Of a stretch of DNA of 64,000 nt, positions 1 through 8,893 are shown piece after piece (position 1 is the first letter of the stretch; the number at the start of each line of letters is the position of its first letter). The notes under the pieces were generated by a model. It was not told the DNA's origin and did no database searches. It saw only the letters and a list, made by a program, of their open reading frames with translations. The translations under genes were made by a program, and so were the position numbers. Source of the DNA: Patescibacteria group bacterium (GTDB lineage: Bacteria; Patescibacteriota; Saccharimonadia; CAILAD01; JADZBC01); NCBI GenBank assembly GCA_052034495.1, contig JBPOIL010000010.1:14457-78456 (forward strand), in the 5' to 3' direction.

Positions 1-382
1 CTGAGCCTTGGCTTTTGGGAACTCATCACGGATCTGCTTCGTAATCTTCTTTGCCTTTTCCTGGTCTAAACCCTTGAGCAATGGAACAGTCAGCTTGCTG
101 ACCATACCGCTTTGCACAATCTCCCCCGACTTATCGAGCACCTTTAGACTGATTCCCCGCTTAAGCAGCTTAGATTCGACCACATCAAGAATCGTTTGAA
201 CCTTAAGGTCCGAGTTCGCCTCTAGCTCCAAGGTGCCTGCATCCCGTACAAACTCACACTTTGCCCCTGTGCCTTGAAAGTCATAACGCGTCTGCAGCTC
301 CCGCCCTACTTGATCGATCGCATTTATCATTTCGGACAAATCGTAATCGCTTACAACATCGAATGAAAAATCTTTTGCCATT
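1..382 (-). CDS. yajQ: YajQ-family nucleotide-binding protein (UPF0234), C-terminally truncated by the window edge
   Basis: Reverse-strand translation begins MAKDFSFDVVSDYDLSEMINAIDQVGRELQTRYDFQGTG..., matching the conserved N-terminus of YajQ. The ORF runs off the window start. Confidence 0.75.
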
Positions 383-426
383 GGTTGGGCCTCCTTATAT
401 CAGGTTTGATTATACCAGACCAAGAG

Positions 427-1461
427 CTATTCCACCCTCGTGTCCTTATTGAACACAATGTCGCTCTTTGGCTCAGCTGTCGTACCGACCTTGCCTAAGT
501 CTTTTTTGGTAACCACTGTGTTGCTCAATATCAGCTGTGTGGAGCTACCATTGCTCGTTGATACCTTAATTGTTTCGTTTGCCCTAAAGATCTGCTCACT
601 ACCGGCGACCATAGTGGCACTAAATACGTCCTTGCCGTCCGCATTCACGCTAATGTTTGCCGTGTCAGGCCCAATACGCACGACCACCTCCACGCCACCA
701 GCAACGGCCGAAGTGCTGCCGATTACCTTTTCTTCATCCGGCAAGTCAGCGTTAATCGTCCTGACTATAGTCGTACTTTTATTAAGTCTGCTGCGGGCCG
801 TTACCTTCACCTGGTTCGGGCCATCTACTAGCGTTACCCTTTCACGGAACGACCCATCGGCACCAGTAGAGACCTCTGTATCATTTATAAATAGTTCTGC
901 CGTTTGGTCGGTCTTGCCCGTAACGTATACGATGCTCGATTTAACCGTAGAGTTTTCCTGATTGTTCACCGTGAGCACTGGTGGAGCCGAAAGCACACTC
1001 AACTGCCATACAATGTACGTCGTGATGAGCCCGATGAGCACAACGCCCATGAGGGCGAGCAAGCTCTTTGGCGTAACGACAAACTTAGGAGCTCCAAGTG
1101 GCTTAAGCCCTAGTGCGGGAGAATCGGCGTGCTTGCGGTCGGCGCCACGACGTTGAGATGAAGCCTGACGCTCTTTTTTGTACAGGCTCAGCAGTGGAGC
1201 TGTATCAAAGCCCAAGTAGTCTGCATAGTTTTTAACATAGCCACGGGTATAGATATCATCAGGCAACTTATCGTAAGCTCCTGCTTCTATTCGTTCAAGG
1301 TAGCTACTGCGGATTTTAGTCTCCTTCTCTGCCTGCTTAATGGTAATTTCAAGCTCTTCACGACGGCGCTCCAATAACTCACCCAACGAAAAATCAGCGA
1401 CTCGCTTGGGAGTCGGCTGACTCTTTGGTGCTTCTGCAATTGGCTTAGTCTTCGGAGTCAC
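427..1461 (-). CDS. HTH-domain membrane protein, RodZ-like (XRE-type HTH, one transmembrane segment, DUF4115-like C-terminal domain)
   Basis: N-terminal LGELLERRREELEITIKQAEKETKIRSSYLERIE is a RodZ-type HTH. A central hydrophobic helix is followed by a Ser/Thr-rich extracellular domain. Confidence 0.65.
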   Translation of the reverse strand: MTPKTKPIAEAPKSQPTPKRVADFSLGELLERRREELEITIKQAEKETKIRSSYLERIEAGAYDKLPDDIYTRGYVKNYADYLGFDTAPLLSLYKKERQASSQRRGADRKHADSPALGLKPLGAPKFVVTPKSLLALMGVVLIGLITTYIVWQLSVLSAPPVLTVNNQENSTVKSSIVYVTGKTDQTAELFINDTEVSTGADGSFRERVTLVDGPNQVKVTARSRLNKSTTIVRTINADLPDEEKVIGSTSAVAGGVEVVVRIGPDTANISVNADGKDVFSATMVAGSEQIFRANETIKVSTSNGSSTQLILSNTVVTKKDLGKVGTTAEPKSDIVFNKDTRVE

Positions 1462-3562
1462 TCAGGCCTCCCCCGCCGCCGAGTTCGTCAATGCTACTAA
1501 TTAGCACCTCTCGTGGTTTTGCACCATCCGGTGGCCCAACTACGCCCTGTTCCTCGAGCATATCCATGAGTCTCGCCGCGCGAGCGTAGCCGACCTTCAA
1601 ACGTCTCTGAAGGTAAGATGCCGAGGCCTTGCCGCCTTGAATAACGGCTTCTGCTGCGTCGTTAAACAAGTTGTCCTCGCCCGTGTCATAGTCTCCGCCG
1701 CCCACGCCCTTTATGCGCACAGACTGAGCCAATACCTCTTCATTATATTCAGGTTCGCGAGCACTACGTAGATAGTCAGCTACCCCCTTAACCTCTTCTT
1801 CACTCAACCACACACCCTGGACACGTTTTGGCTTAATGAAGCTTGGGCTGGCAAAGAGCATATCACCCTTACCAAGCAACTTCTCCGCACCGGCCATTTC
1901 GATAATAGTCCGTGAGTCCACTTGACTAGCAGTGGTAAGGGCCACGCGAGTCGGCACGTTCGCCTTAATAATACCTGTGATTACGTTCACACTTGGGCGC
2001 TGTGTAGCAAGTACCAAGTGAATACCGACGGCACGAGCCATCTGTGTAAGGCGCTGAATAAGTGCCTCTACATCTTTGCCGGCAACCATCATCAAATCAG
2101 CGAACTCGTCTACAACGATTACAATGTACGGCATGCTATCAACGTCCTTCTGTGCATTGAACTCATCAATGCCGCGTTTGCCATGATCCTGAAGCAACCT
2201 ATAGCGTCGATCCATCTCGGCCACTGCCCACTTGAGGGCCGATATTGCCTGCATAGGCTCGACAATAACCGGGGTAAGTAAGTGTGGAATGTCTTGGTAC
2301 AAGCCAAGCTCAACGCGCTTTGGATCAACCAAGATAAGCTTGAGTTCGGAGGGTGAATTGCGATACAGCAAACTCGTGATGAGGGTATTAATCATAACCG
2401 ACTTACCGGCACCAGTCGCACCAGCAACGAGTAAATGGGGCGCCTTGCCAAGGTCTGCCGTGATAATCTCGCCGCTCACATCCCTACCAAGCACAAAGGT
2501 TAACTTGGTGCCTTTGCCGCTCACCTCTTTTGAAGCAAGAATGTCACCCAGGCGCACGGTAGCTGCCTTTTTATTTGGTACCTGAATACCAACCAAGCTT
2601 TTTCCTGGAATTGGGGCCTCAATACGAATCTGCTCGGCTTCGAGGGCCAGCGCAAGGTTGCGGTCAAGTGCGGTAATCTTGTTTAGGTTCACTCCATTCG
2701 GCGGACGCAAGCTGTACTGGGAAACCGTCGGCCCGACGTCTACACCGTGCATGTCGACTTCGTAGCCGAAGTCGCCGAAGGTACTCTGAATAAGCTTGGC
2801 GGTGGCTTTGGCATCTCCGGGATCAGCTTGAGTGGAGGTTGCTTTGACTAAGTCTAAAGGAGGATAGACCCAGTCCTTGTCCACGCTTGTGAGCATCACA
2901 CTGGCCTTCTTCTTTGGCTCTGGCTCTTCTTCTCCTACCGAACCCTTTATAGGCAACGTGGTGTTAATCTTAAACTCACTTTGCTCCACAACTTCGCCTT
3001 CACTATTACGCTCGCGGTGGAAAAGAGCCAGGAAGCTTTTAAACAAATCCTTAACTCGAGTATTGGCAGCCACAACAAGACTAATCATGAGTAATGCGGT
3101 CAAGATAAAGATAGAAACTGGCTTGTTGAGTATTGGCAGCATAGCTGAGCTCAGGCCGAGCCCAACCATTCCGCCACCGCTGCCGACAGTGGCGAAGTCT
3201 ACGCCTTCTGGAGCAAAGATTAAATGAGCCAGACCCGCCAAGCAGACGAATACAAAGATCGTGCCGAAGAGGTTATTGGGCTTAAACTCGTATTTATCGG
3301 GCTGGAATAGAACCCAAGCAATAAGCAGGAGTGCGAATGGAAGCACAAAAGCCGCCAAGCCAATTACAAAGCTGACGGCCATAAATATCCATCCACCCAA
3401 GCTGCCGGCAAAGCCGATCATAGATAGAATTAAAAACACTGCGATGGTTATAAGCACAATAGCTGCTATCTCGCGCTTTGCTTCGCCCGAGATTTCCATG
3501 CGCGGCTCGCGCGGCAGCTTTGCCTTGTCCTTCTTCTTTACCTTGCGCTGCTTCTTAGCCAT
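1445..3562 (-). CDS. ftsK: DNA translocase FtsK/SpoIIIE
   Basis: Multi-pass N-terminal membrane region. Walker A GATGAGKSV within the FtsK motor domain, and a C-terminal gamma (winged-helix) domain LEEQGVVGPPDGAKPREVL. Confidence 0.9.
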   Translation of the reverse strand: MAKKQRKVKKKDKAKLPREPRMEISGEAKREIAAIVLITIAVFLILSMIGFAGSLGGWIFMAVSFVIGLAAFVLPFALLLIAWVLFQPDKYEFKPNNLFGTIFVFVCLAGLAHLIFAPEGVDFATVGSGGGMVGLGLSSAMLPILNKPVSIFILTALLMISLVVAANTRVKDLFKSFLALFHRERNSEGEVVEQSEFKINTTLPIKGSVGEEEPEPKKKASVMLTSVDKDWVYPPLDLVKATSTQADPGDAKATAKLIQSTFGDFGYEVDMHGVDVGPTVSQYSLRPPNGVNLNKITALDRNLALALEAEQIRIEAPIPGKSLVGIQVPNKKAATVRLGDILASKEVSGKGTKLTFVLGRDVSGEIITADLGKAPHLLVAGATGAGKSVMINTLITSLLYRNSPSELKLILVDPKRVELGLYQDIPHLLTPVIVEPMQAISALKWAVAEMDRRYRLLQDHGKRGIDEFNAQKDVDSMPYIVIVVDEFADLMMVAGKDVEALIQRLTQMARAVGIHLVLATQRPSVNVITGIIKANVPTRVALTTASQVDSRTIIEMAGAEKLLGKGDMLFASPSFIKPKRVQGVWLSEEEVKGVADYLRSAREPEYNEEVLAQSVRIKGVGGGDYDTGEDNLFNDAAEAVIQGGKASASYLQRRLKVGYARAARLMDMLEEQGVVGPPDGAKPREVLISSIDELGGGGGLSDSED

Positions 3563-3703
3563 TAGCTTATTATAGGCTCTCCTGGCGCACTGTGCTAGAT
3601 GATTTATGCATGATTCACCCTCATGTTAGTCTCCATTATAGCACAGCCGTACAATAATTACAAGACTTGTCAAATATAACCATTTTGCCTACCATTAGGT
3701 GGT

Positions 3704-5458
3704 ATGAAGAACTTATTTAAACTCTACAAATATCTCGATAACTATTTTTGGAAACTGCTGGGAGTAATCCTCGTCAGTACTCTTGTTGCCGTCATGCAAT
3801 CAGTTATGCCACTCGTGGTAAAACAAATCATAACTGTTATAGGTAACTCTGCGGGGAGCAAATCTCTTACTCCACAAATTATATTCTGGCTTGCCGTAAT
3901 CCTCGCCGCAGGCCTCATAGGTAATATCGCTATGTTTTTCCAAGATAAATATCAGAATGTCCTTGGCGTAGAAGTAGCACACAAAGTACGTAATAAAGTG
4001 TTCCGAATCACACTTAGCCTCACCCCTTCCCATGTTGAGCATGAGGGGGCTGGAAAGATCATTCAGCGAATTAACGAAGGTGTCAGCCAATTCAGAAACT
4101 GGATAGGTACCGCGAGCTATGTGTTATCTAATGTCATTTTCGTCATTATCGCGTTTATCGTGATTTTCTCAAAGAGTCCCCTTTCTGCATTAATATTCTG
4201 TATAGTTTTTGCACCTATTCAAATCTATGTAATCGCAAAGAAGCTACGCCTAACAAGGCCAATGTACAAAAAATGGCAAGAAGCAGGAAGTCGCTCTATG
4301 GGCCTCTTGTCAGAAACGTTGTCCAATCTTGCCATGGTGCGCTCACTCTCGGCAGAAGATGCACTCCAAAAAAAATATAATAGCTACAATGAAGAAGTAT
4401 TTGGCCTTCAACTAGAAACAAATGTACTAGAGAGACGCTACAATACAGCACGAGACATATTGGGCCAAAGCTATCAGTTTCTGGCGATCGCGATCGCAAC
4501 TATATCCGCAGTTTATGGCAAACTCTCTCCCGCGGATATTTTTGTGTTTGCGTACTTTGCGTCCAATCTAACGAACTCTCTCAATCCAATCGCAAGAATC
4601 GTTCAGACCACAACTGAAGCCGATGTTGCAGCTGGTCGTCTGATTGAATTCTTAGAAACAAAGCCCGCCATCATTGATAAGTCGGATGCGCTCCCCCTTG
4701 TACGGCTAGAAAGCATTGAGTTCAAGAATGTGAGCTTCACATACCCTGATAGTAAAAAGAACAAGGGGGCTATAAAAAACATTGGATTCAAAATCGAAGG
4801 AAATAAAACTTTAGCATTGGTGGGCCCTAGCGGCACAGGTAAATCTACAATCACTAAGCTATTGCTTCGCTTCTTTGAACCTACTGAAGGCCAGATACTG
4901 ATAAACGGTCAGAGCATTAGTACTTTTACACAAGACTCCATTCGACAACATATTGGCATGGTTATGCAAGACGTAGCGCTATTCAACACCACGATTGATG
5001 AGAATCTTGGAATGGCGAATGCTCGTGCCGACAAGGCTGCGATTGTACAAGCCGCTAAACAGGCACATGCCGACGAGTTCATCCAAGATTTGCCAAAGAA
5101 GTACAAAACCCTGGTTGGCGAACGTGGTGTAAAACTCTCTGGTGGCCAAAAGCAGCGTGTAGCGATTGCTCGAGCAATCCTAAAGGACCCACAGCTTATC
5201 ATCCTAGACGAAGCTACGAGCGCGCTAGACAGTGAATCTGAGCGCTTAGTACAAGATGGGCTTAAGAAGCTCATGACTGGCCGAAGCGCGCTCGTTATCG
5301 CCCACCGCTTAAGTACTATTATGCACGCTGATGAGATCCTGGTGCTCAAAAACGGGAAGGTTGCTGAACGAGGCACCCACAGCGAACTGATCAATCAAAC
5401 CGGCCTGTACAAGAAGCTCTTTAACCTCCAGTCCTCAAGCGGTAAAGTTAAGCTTTAA
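3704..5458 (+). CDS. ABC transporter, fused permease/ATP-binding protein (MsbA/exporter type)
   Basis: Six transmembrane helices, then Walker A GPSGTGKST, ABC signature LSGGQKQRVAIARA and Walker B ILDEATSALD. Confidence 0.85.
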   Translation: MKNLFKLYKYLDNYFWKLLGVILVSTLVAVMQSVMPLVVKQIITVIGNSAGSKSLTPQIIFWLAVILAAGLIGNIAMFFQDKYQNVLGVEVAHKVRNKVFRITLSLTPSHVEHEGAGKIIQRINEGVSQFRNWIGTASYVLSNVIFVIIAFIVIFSKSPLSALIFCIVFAPIQIYVIAKKLRLTRPMYKKWQEAGSRSMGLLSETLSNLAMVRSLSAEDALQKKYNSYNEEVFGLQLETNVLERRYNTARDILGQSYQFLAIAIATISAVYGKLSPADIFVFAYFASNLTNSLNPIARIVQTTTEADVAAGRLIEFLETKPAIIDKSDALPLVRLESIEFKNVSFTYPDSKKNKGAIKNIGFKIEGNKTLALVGPSGTGKSTITKLLLRFFEPTEGQILINGQSISTFTQDSIRQHIGMVMQDVALFNTTIDENLGMANARADKAAIVQAAKQAHADEFIQDLPKKYKTLVGERGVKLSGGQKQRVAIARAILKDPQLIILDEATSALDSESERLVQDGLKKLMTGRSALVIAHRLSTIMHADEILVLKNGKVAERGTHSELINQTGLYKKLFNLQSSSGKVKL

Positions 5459-5642
5459 CCACGGCGGCAGATCCCTCGTCCGCCAGCTGGCGGATCGGAA
5501 AGACGAATCCGCATATACTAAAAGGCAGCCAGGAAATGTGGCAGCCTTTTATATTCCTCCTAAAACCTTGAGGGTGCTCAAGAGCTTGGGAAGAACAAGG
5601 ACATAGGAGTGGGCTGTGCGGGGGCCCGAAGGCCCCCGCGGG

Positions 5643-5963
5643 TCAGCTGTTGACGATCTTCTTGTGCCGGCGTACATGGCCGCGAGGGGTCTTCCCCAAC
5701 TCATCCTCGTAGCGGCTGCCGCCCGCCCCGACGCCCAACAAGATGTAGATGAGCCAATGGCCCCTGTTGCAGAAGCCCTTGGCTTCGTCGTCGTAGGAGA
5801 ACAAGCAGCTCTTGGTGACGCCGCACTGCGCGCACGTCCCCGAGCCTTCCTTCTCACGCAAGACAGTGCCAGCCTTCTTGTCCGACGTAACCTGGACTCG
5901 GACTGGCTGATCCACTTTCGCCACAATGACCTCCTGGGTCGTATAGATGAATGGGGGCGACAC
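5643..5963 (-). CDS. Small hypothetical protein in a high-GC islet. The likely true start is an internal GTG near 5900 that follows an AGGAGG ribosome-binding site.
   Basis: The ORF lies inside a short high-GC patch. A minus-strand TTGACA-N17-TATAGAAT promoter sits at ~6060-6105. A GC hairpin gcgggggcc-cgaa-ggcccccgc at 5620-5641 follows the stop. No recognizable domain; contains a CxxC pair. Confidence 0.35.
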   Translation of the reverse strand: MSPPFIYTTQEVIVAKVDQPVRVQVTSDKKAGTVLREKEGSGTCAQCGVTKSCLFSYDDEAKGFCNRGHWLIYILLGVGAGGSRYEDELGKTPRGHVRRHKKIVNS

Positions 5964-6110
5964 TGATCCTTAGTCGAAACAAGGTCCAGTAGAGTGCGCT
6001 CTCGTGAGAAGAACGCACATTACCGGACCCTGCTTTCCTATATCCTTGTAATGTACCTTAGCTAGGCTAAAGTTTTACTATTCTATAGTATTTTTACCTT
6101 TTTGTCAATA

Positions 6111-8186
6111 CTAGACTTCGATCACAACGGGCACAACGATTGGGTTTCGTTTGGTCACCTTGTATAAGTGATTTGAAAGCTCATCGCGCATGCGAGTTTT
6201 GATAACCAGCGAGTTGGCTGGCGTAGCTCGATCTCGATGATCGAAAATGTTTTTAACAATCTGGCGTGACTTGTTAATCAGCTCTTCGTTGTCCTTCATA
6301 TACACGAAGCCTCGGGAGATGATATCCGGGCTGGTGGTTAGTCGGCCAGTCTTGCGATCCACCGTAGCGATAGCAGTAAAGATACCATCTGAGCCCATCG
6401 CCTTACGATCGTTAAGCACCACTGCCTGGACGTCGCCGATACCATTACCATCAATCAGTACGATACCGTTCTGAACGATTGGTCCCTTCTTGATCCCCTC
6501 CTTGTCAGCAACAAGCGTCTGACCGTTCTCGATAACGAACACGTGGTCATCATCGAAGCCCTTGCGCTTACCTATTGCCGCATTGTGCACGAGGTGATGA
6601 AGCTCACCGTGGATTGGTAGGTAATACTTAGGTCGTACGAGATCCAGCATTTCTTCTATCTCTTCGGTCCATGCGTGACCAGTGGTGTGCATAATGCCGA
6701 GTCCGTCAAAGTCACGAGTACTCGACTGGTATACATATGCGCCCCAGCGGAATAGGTTGTCTACCATGCCCCAAACAGATTCTTCGTTGCCTGGGATGAT
6801 CGAGGAGCTAAGGATTACAACGTCGTTTTCTTTGAGTTTCACGTCGCGGTGTTCGCCACGGCCCATGCGCTGCAAGGCTGAGAACTCTTCACCCTGTGAA
6901 CCGGTGGTTAGAATCGCGATTTCACCGTCCTGATACTTGTTCATCTCCTGGCCCTTAATGAGCGTTCCTGCCGGAACCTTAATGTATCCAAGCTTCATAG
7001 CAAGCTCTAAGTTGTTTACCATGCTACGACCAAGCACGACGAGCTTGCGCTTTGCCTTCACCGTAGCGTCCACTACGATCTGCATACGAGTCACCTGCGA
7101 TCCAAACGATGCGATGATCGCCCGCTTGTTGTAGTTACGGATCATGATCTCGTCGAGGGTTTCTACAATCCCCTGCTCGGTTGGTGACTTACCAACAACT
7201 TCACAGTTCGTACTGTCACTCATGAGCATCAATACGCCTTCATCACCCAACTCCTTGAGGCGCTCTTTGTTCGAAGGCTTGCCGTCGATTGGGTTCTCTT
7301 CGAATCTCCAGTCGCCCGTGTCGATGATTGTGCCAAGTGGTGTACGAATAGCAAGCGCACAAGCGTCAGGAATTGAGTGGGTTATGCGGATAAACTCTAC
7401 TGAAAACACACCGGCCTGTATGCGCTCACCAGCATCCTGATCTACGATTCGCAGGTCTGGCTTGAATGGAAGCTTGTATTCTTCGAGCTTGCGTTCAATG
7501 AATTTAATGCTGAATTTAGCACCATAAATCGGAGCCGGCATCTTTGGCAGCAAGAATGGTACGCCTCCTACGTGGTCTTCGTGTGCGTGGGTAATAAAGT
7601 GCCCACGGATTTTATGCTTGCGCTCTTCTAGGTAGGTTACGTCTGGCACGATAAGGTCGATGCCTGGCTGGTCATCGCCTGGGAAGGCAAAGCCAAGGTC
7701 CAGTACGATGATATCGTCCTCGTACTCGAGGGCCATGACGTTCTTACCAATCTCACCTAATCCACCGAGGGGGATGATTTTGAGCTTGCCAGCATCAGCC
7801 TTGCTCGTTTGAGCACGTACAACCTTTGAGCCATTGCCGTTTTGGTTAAATGACCCAACTACAAAGTTGGCCTTGCTGTCGCGTCCACGTCGTGGACCGC
7901 CGGGACGACCTCCGCCACCGCCACGGTTGCCCCCAGATCGACCTCCTTGGCCGCCTTGTCCGCCCTGGCCACCTTGACCATTAGGTCGGCCGCCGCGGTT
8001 GCCGCCCGGGCGGTTGTTACTATTACCCTGTCGATTGCCGGTACCTTGTGACTGTGCGGACTTTTGTTCGCCAGTTGGTTGCACTAATGTATCACGCGCA
8101 GGCGTAGCGGACTGGGCGGCTGGCTTGCTGGTCGGCATACCCAAATCGGCTGCGCTTAATGGTCGTGATGATAATTCGTTACTCAT
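6111..8186 (-). CDS. rnj: Ribonuclease J (metallo-beta-lactamase/beta-CASP RNase) with a Gly/Arg/Gln-rich N-terminal extension
   Basis: HAHEDHVGG metallo-beta-lactamase motif with beta-CASP architecture. The first ~130 aa are low-complexity (GGQGGQGGQGGRSGGNRGGGGG). Confidence 0.9.
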   Translation of the reverse strand: MSNELSSRPLSAADLGMPTSKPAAQSATPARDTLVQPTGEQKSAQSQGTGNRQGNSNNRPGGNRGGRPNGQGGQGGQGGQGGRSGGNRGGGGGRPGGPRRGRDSKANFVVGSFNQNGNGSKVVRAQTSKADAGKLKIIPLGGLGEIGKNVMALEYEDDIIVLDLGFAFPGDDQPGIDLIVPDVTYLEERKHKIRGHFITHAHEDHVGGVPFLLPKMPAPIYGAKFSIKFIERKLEEYKLPFKPDLRIVDQDAGERIQAGVFSVEFIRITHSIPDACALAIRTPLGTIIDTGDWRFEENPIDGKPSNKERLKELGDEGVLMLMSDSTNCEVVGKSPTEQGIVETLDEIMIRNYNKRAIIASFGSQVTRMQIVVDATVKAKRKLVVLGRSMVNNLELAMKLGYIKVPAGTLIKGQEMNKYQDGEIAILTTGSQGEEFSALQRMGRGEHRDVKLKENDVVILSSSIIPGNEESVWGMVDNLFRWGAYVYQSSTRDFDGLGIMHTTGHAWTEEIEEMLDLVRPKYYLPIHGELHHLVHNAAIGKRKGFDDDHVFVIENGQTLVADKEGIKKGPIVQNGIVLIDGNGIGDVQAVVLNDRKAMGSDGIFTAIATVDRKTGRLTTSPDIISRGFVYMKDNEELINKSRQIVKNIFDHRDRATPANSLVIKTRMRDELSNHLYKVTKRNPIVVPVVIEV

Positions 8187-8286
8187 GTATTAGAATTTCC
8201 TTTCGTTTCGTTATGAGTTCATTCTGAATGTGGTTCAGAATCCCTGATCTCTAATTCCGCTAGGAGCGAGAGACCCTGAAGTCTAT

Positions 8287-8883
8287 TCACAATGAGGTTT
8301 GTTTAATAATCTCCGGGATGCGAGCAAAGTCTTCGAGGAGTGTTGCCCGCATACTGCCGTTATACAAGGCTGCGGCCGGGTGATACAGCGGCAAGAACCT
8401 CTGGTCTTTGAGTTCTAAGTCTCCAGCCTGCACTGTGTCTTTAATCGCTACACCATGCGCCTCACTAATCTTTAGTTTCGGGAAGAATACATTCATGGAA
8501 TGTCTACCCAGAAACACGACTAGGCGCGGACGAATAACGTGTATCTGCTCTATAAGGTACGGTAAGCAAGCCTTAATCTCTTGTTTACTCGGGTCACGGT
8601 TATCAGGCGGGCGAAACTTCACGATATTGGTTATAAATACTTTCTCGCGGCTCAGGCCAATGCTACCAAGCATCTCGCCCAAAAACTTACCGCTTGCACC
8701 AATAAAGGGTCGTCCTTGCCTATCCTCCTGTGCCCCGGGGGCTTCACCCACAAACATAATGTCTGCTTCTGGGGAACCCTCGCCGGGCACAGGGTTGAGA
8801 CACGTTCTAGCAATTTCTAGATCTAGCTCGCGGCTGCGAATGCGCTTGGCAATCGCCTCTAGCTGATCTGGCTTGCTTACCAT
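8287..8883 (-). CDS. Uracil-DNA glycosylase, family 4
   Basis: GEAPGAQEDRQGRPFIGASGKFL motif, characteristic of family-4 UDGs. Confidence 0.85.
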   Translation of the reverse strand: MVSKPDQLEAIAKRIRSRELDLEIARTCLNPVPGEGSPEADIMFVGEAPGAQEDRQGRPFIGASGKFLGEMLGSIGLSREKVFITNIVKFRPPDNRDPSKQEIKACLPYLIEQIHVIRPRLVVFLGRHSMNVFFPKLKISEAHGVAIKDTVQAGDLELKDQRFLPLYHPAAALYNGSMRATLLEDFARIPEIIKQTSL

Positions 8884-8893
8884 GCCCCTCGGA

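Noticed and set aside
5549-5966. Overlapping ORFs 5549..5926(-) and 5616..5966(+) in the first GC islet
   Set aside because: They are alternate frames of the same GC-rich DNA. Only frame 5643..5963(-) has a promoter, a ribosome-binding site and a hairpin in the right places.
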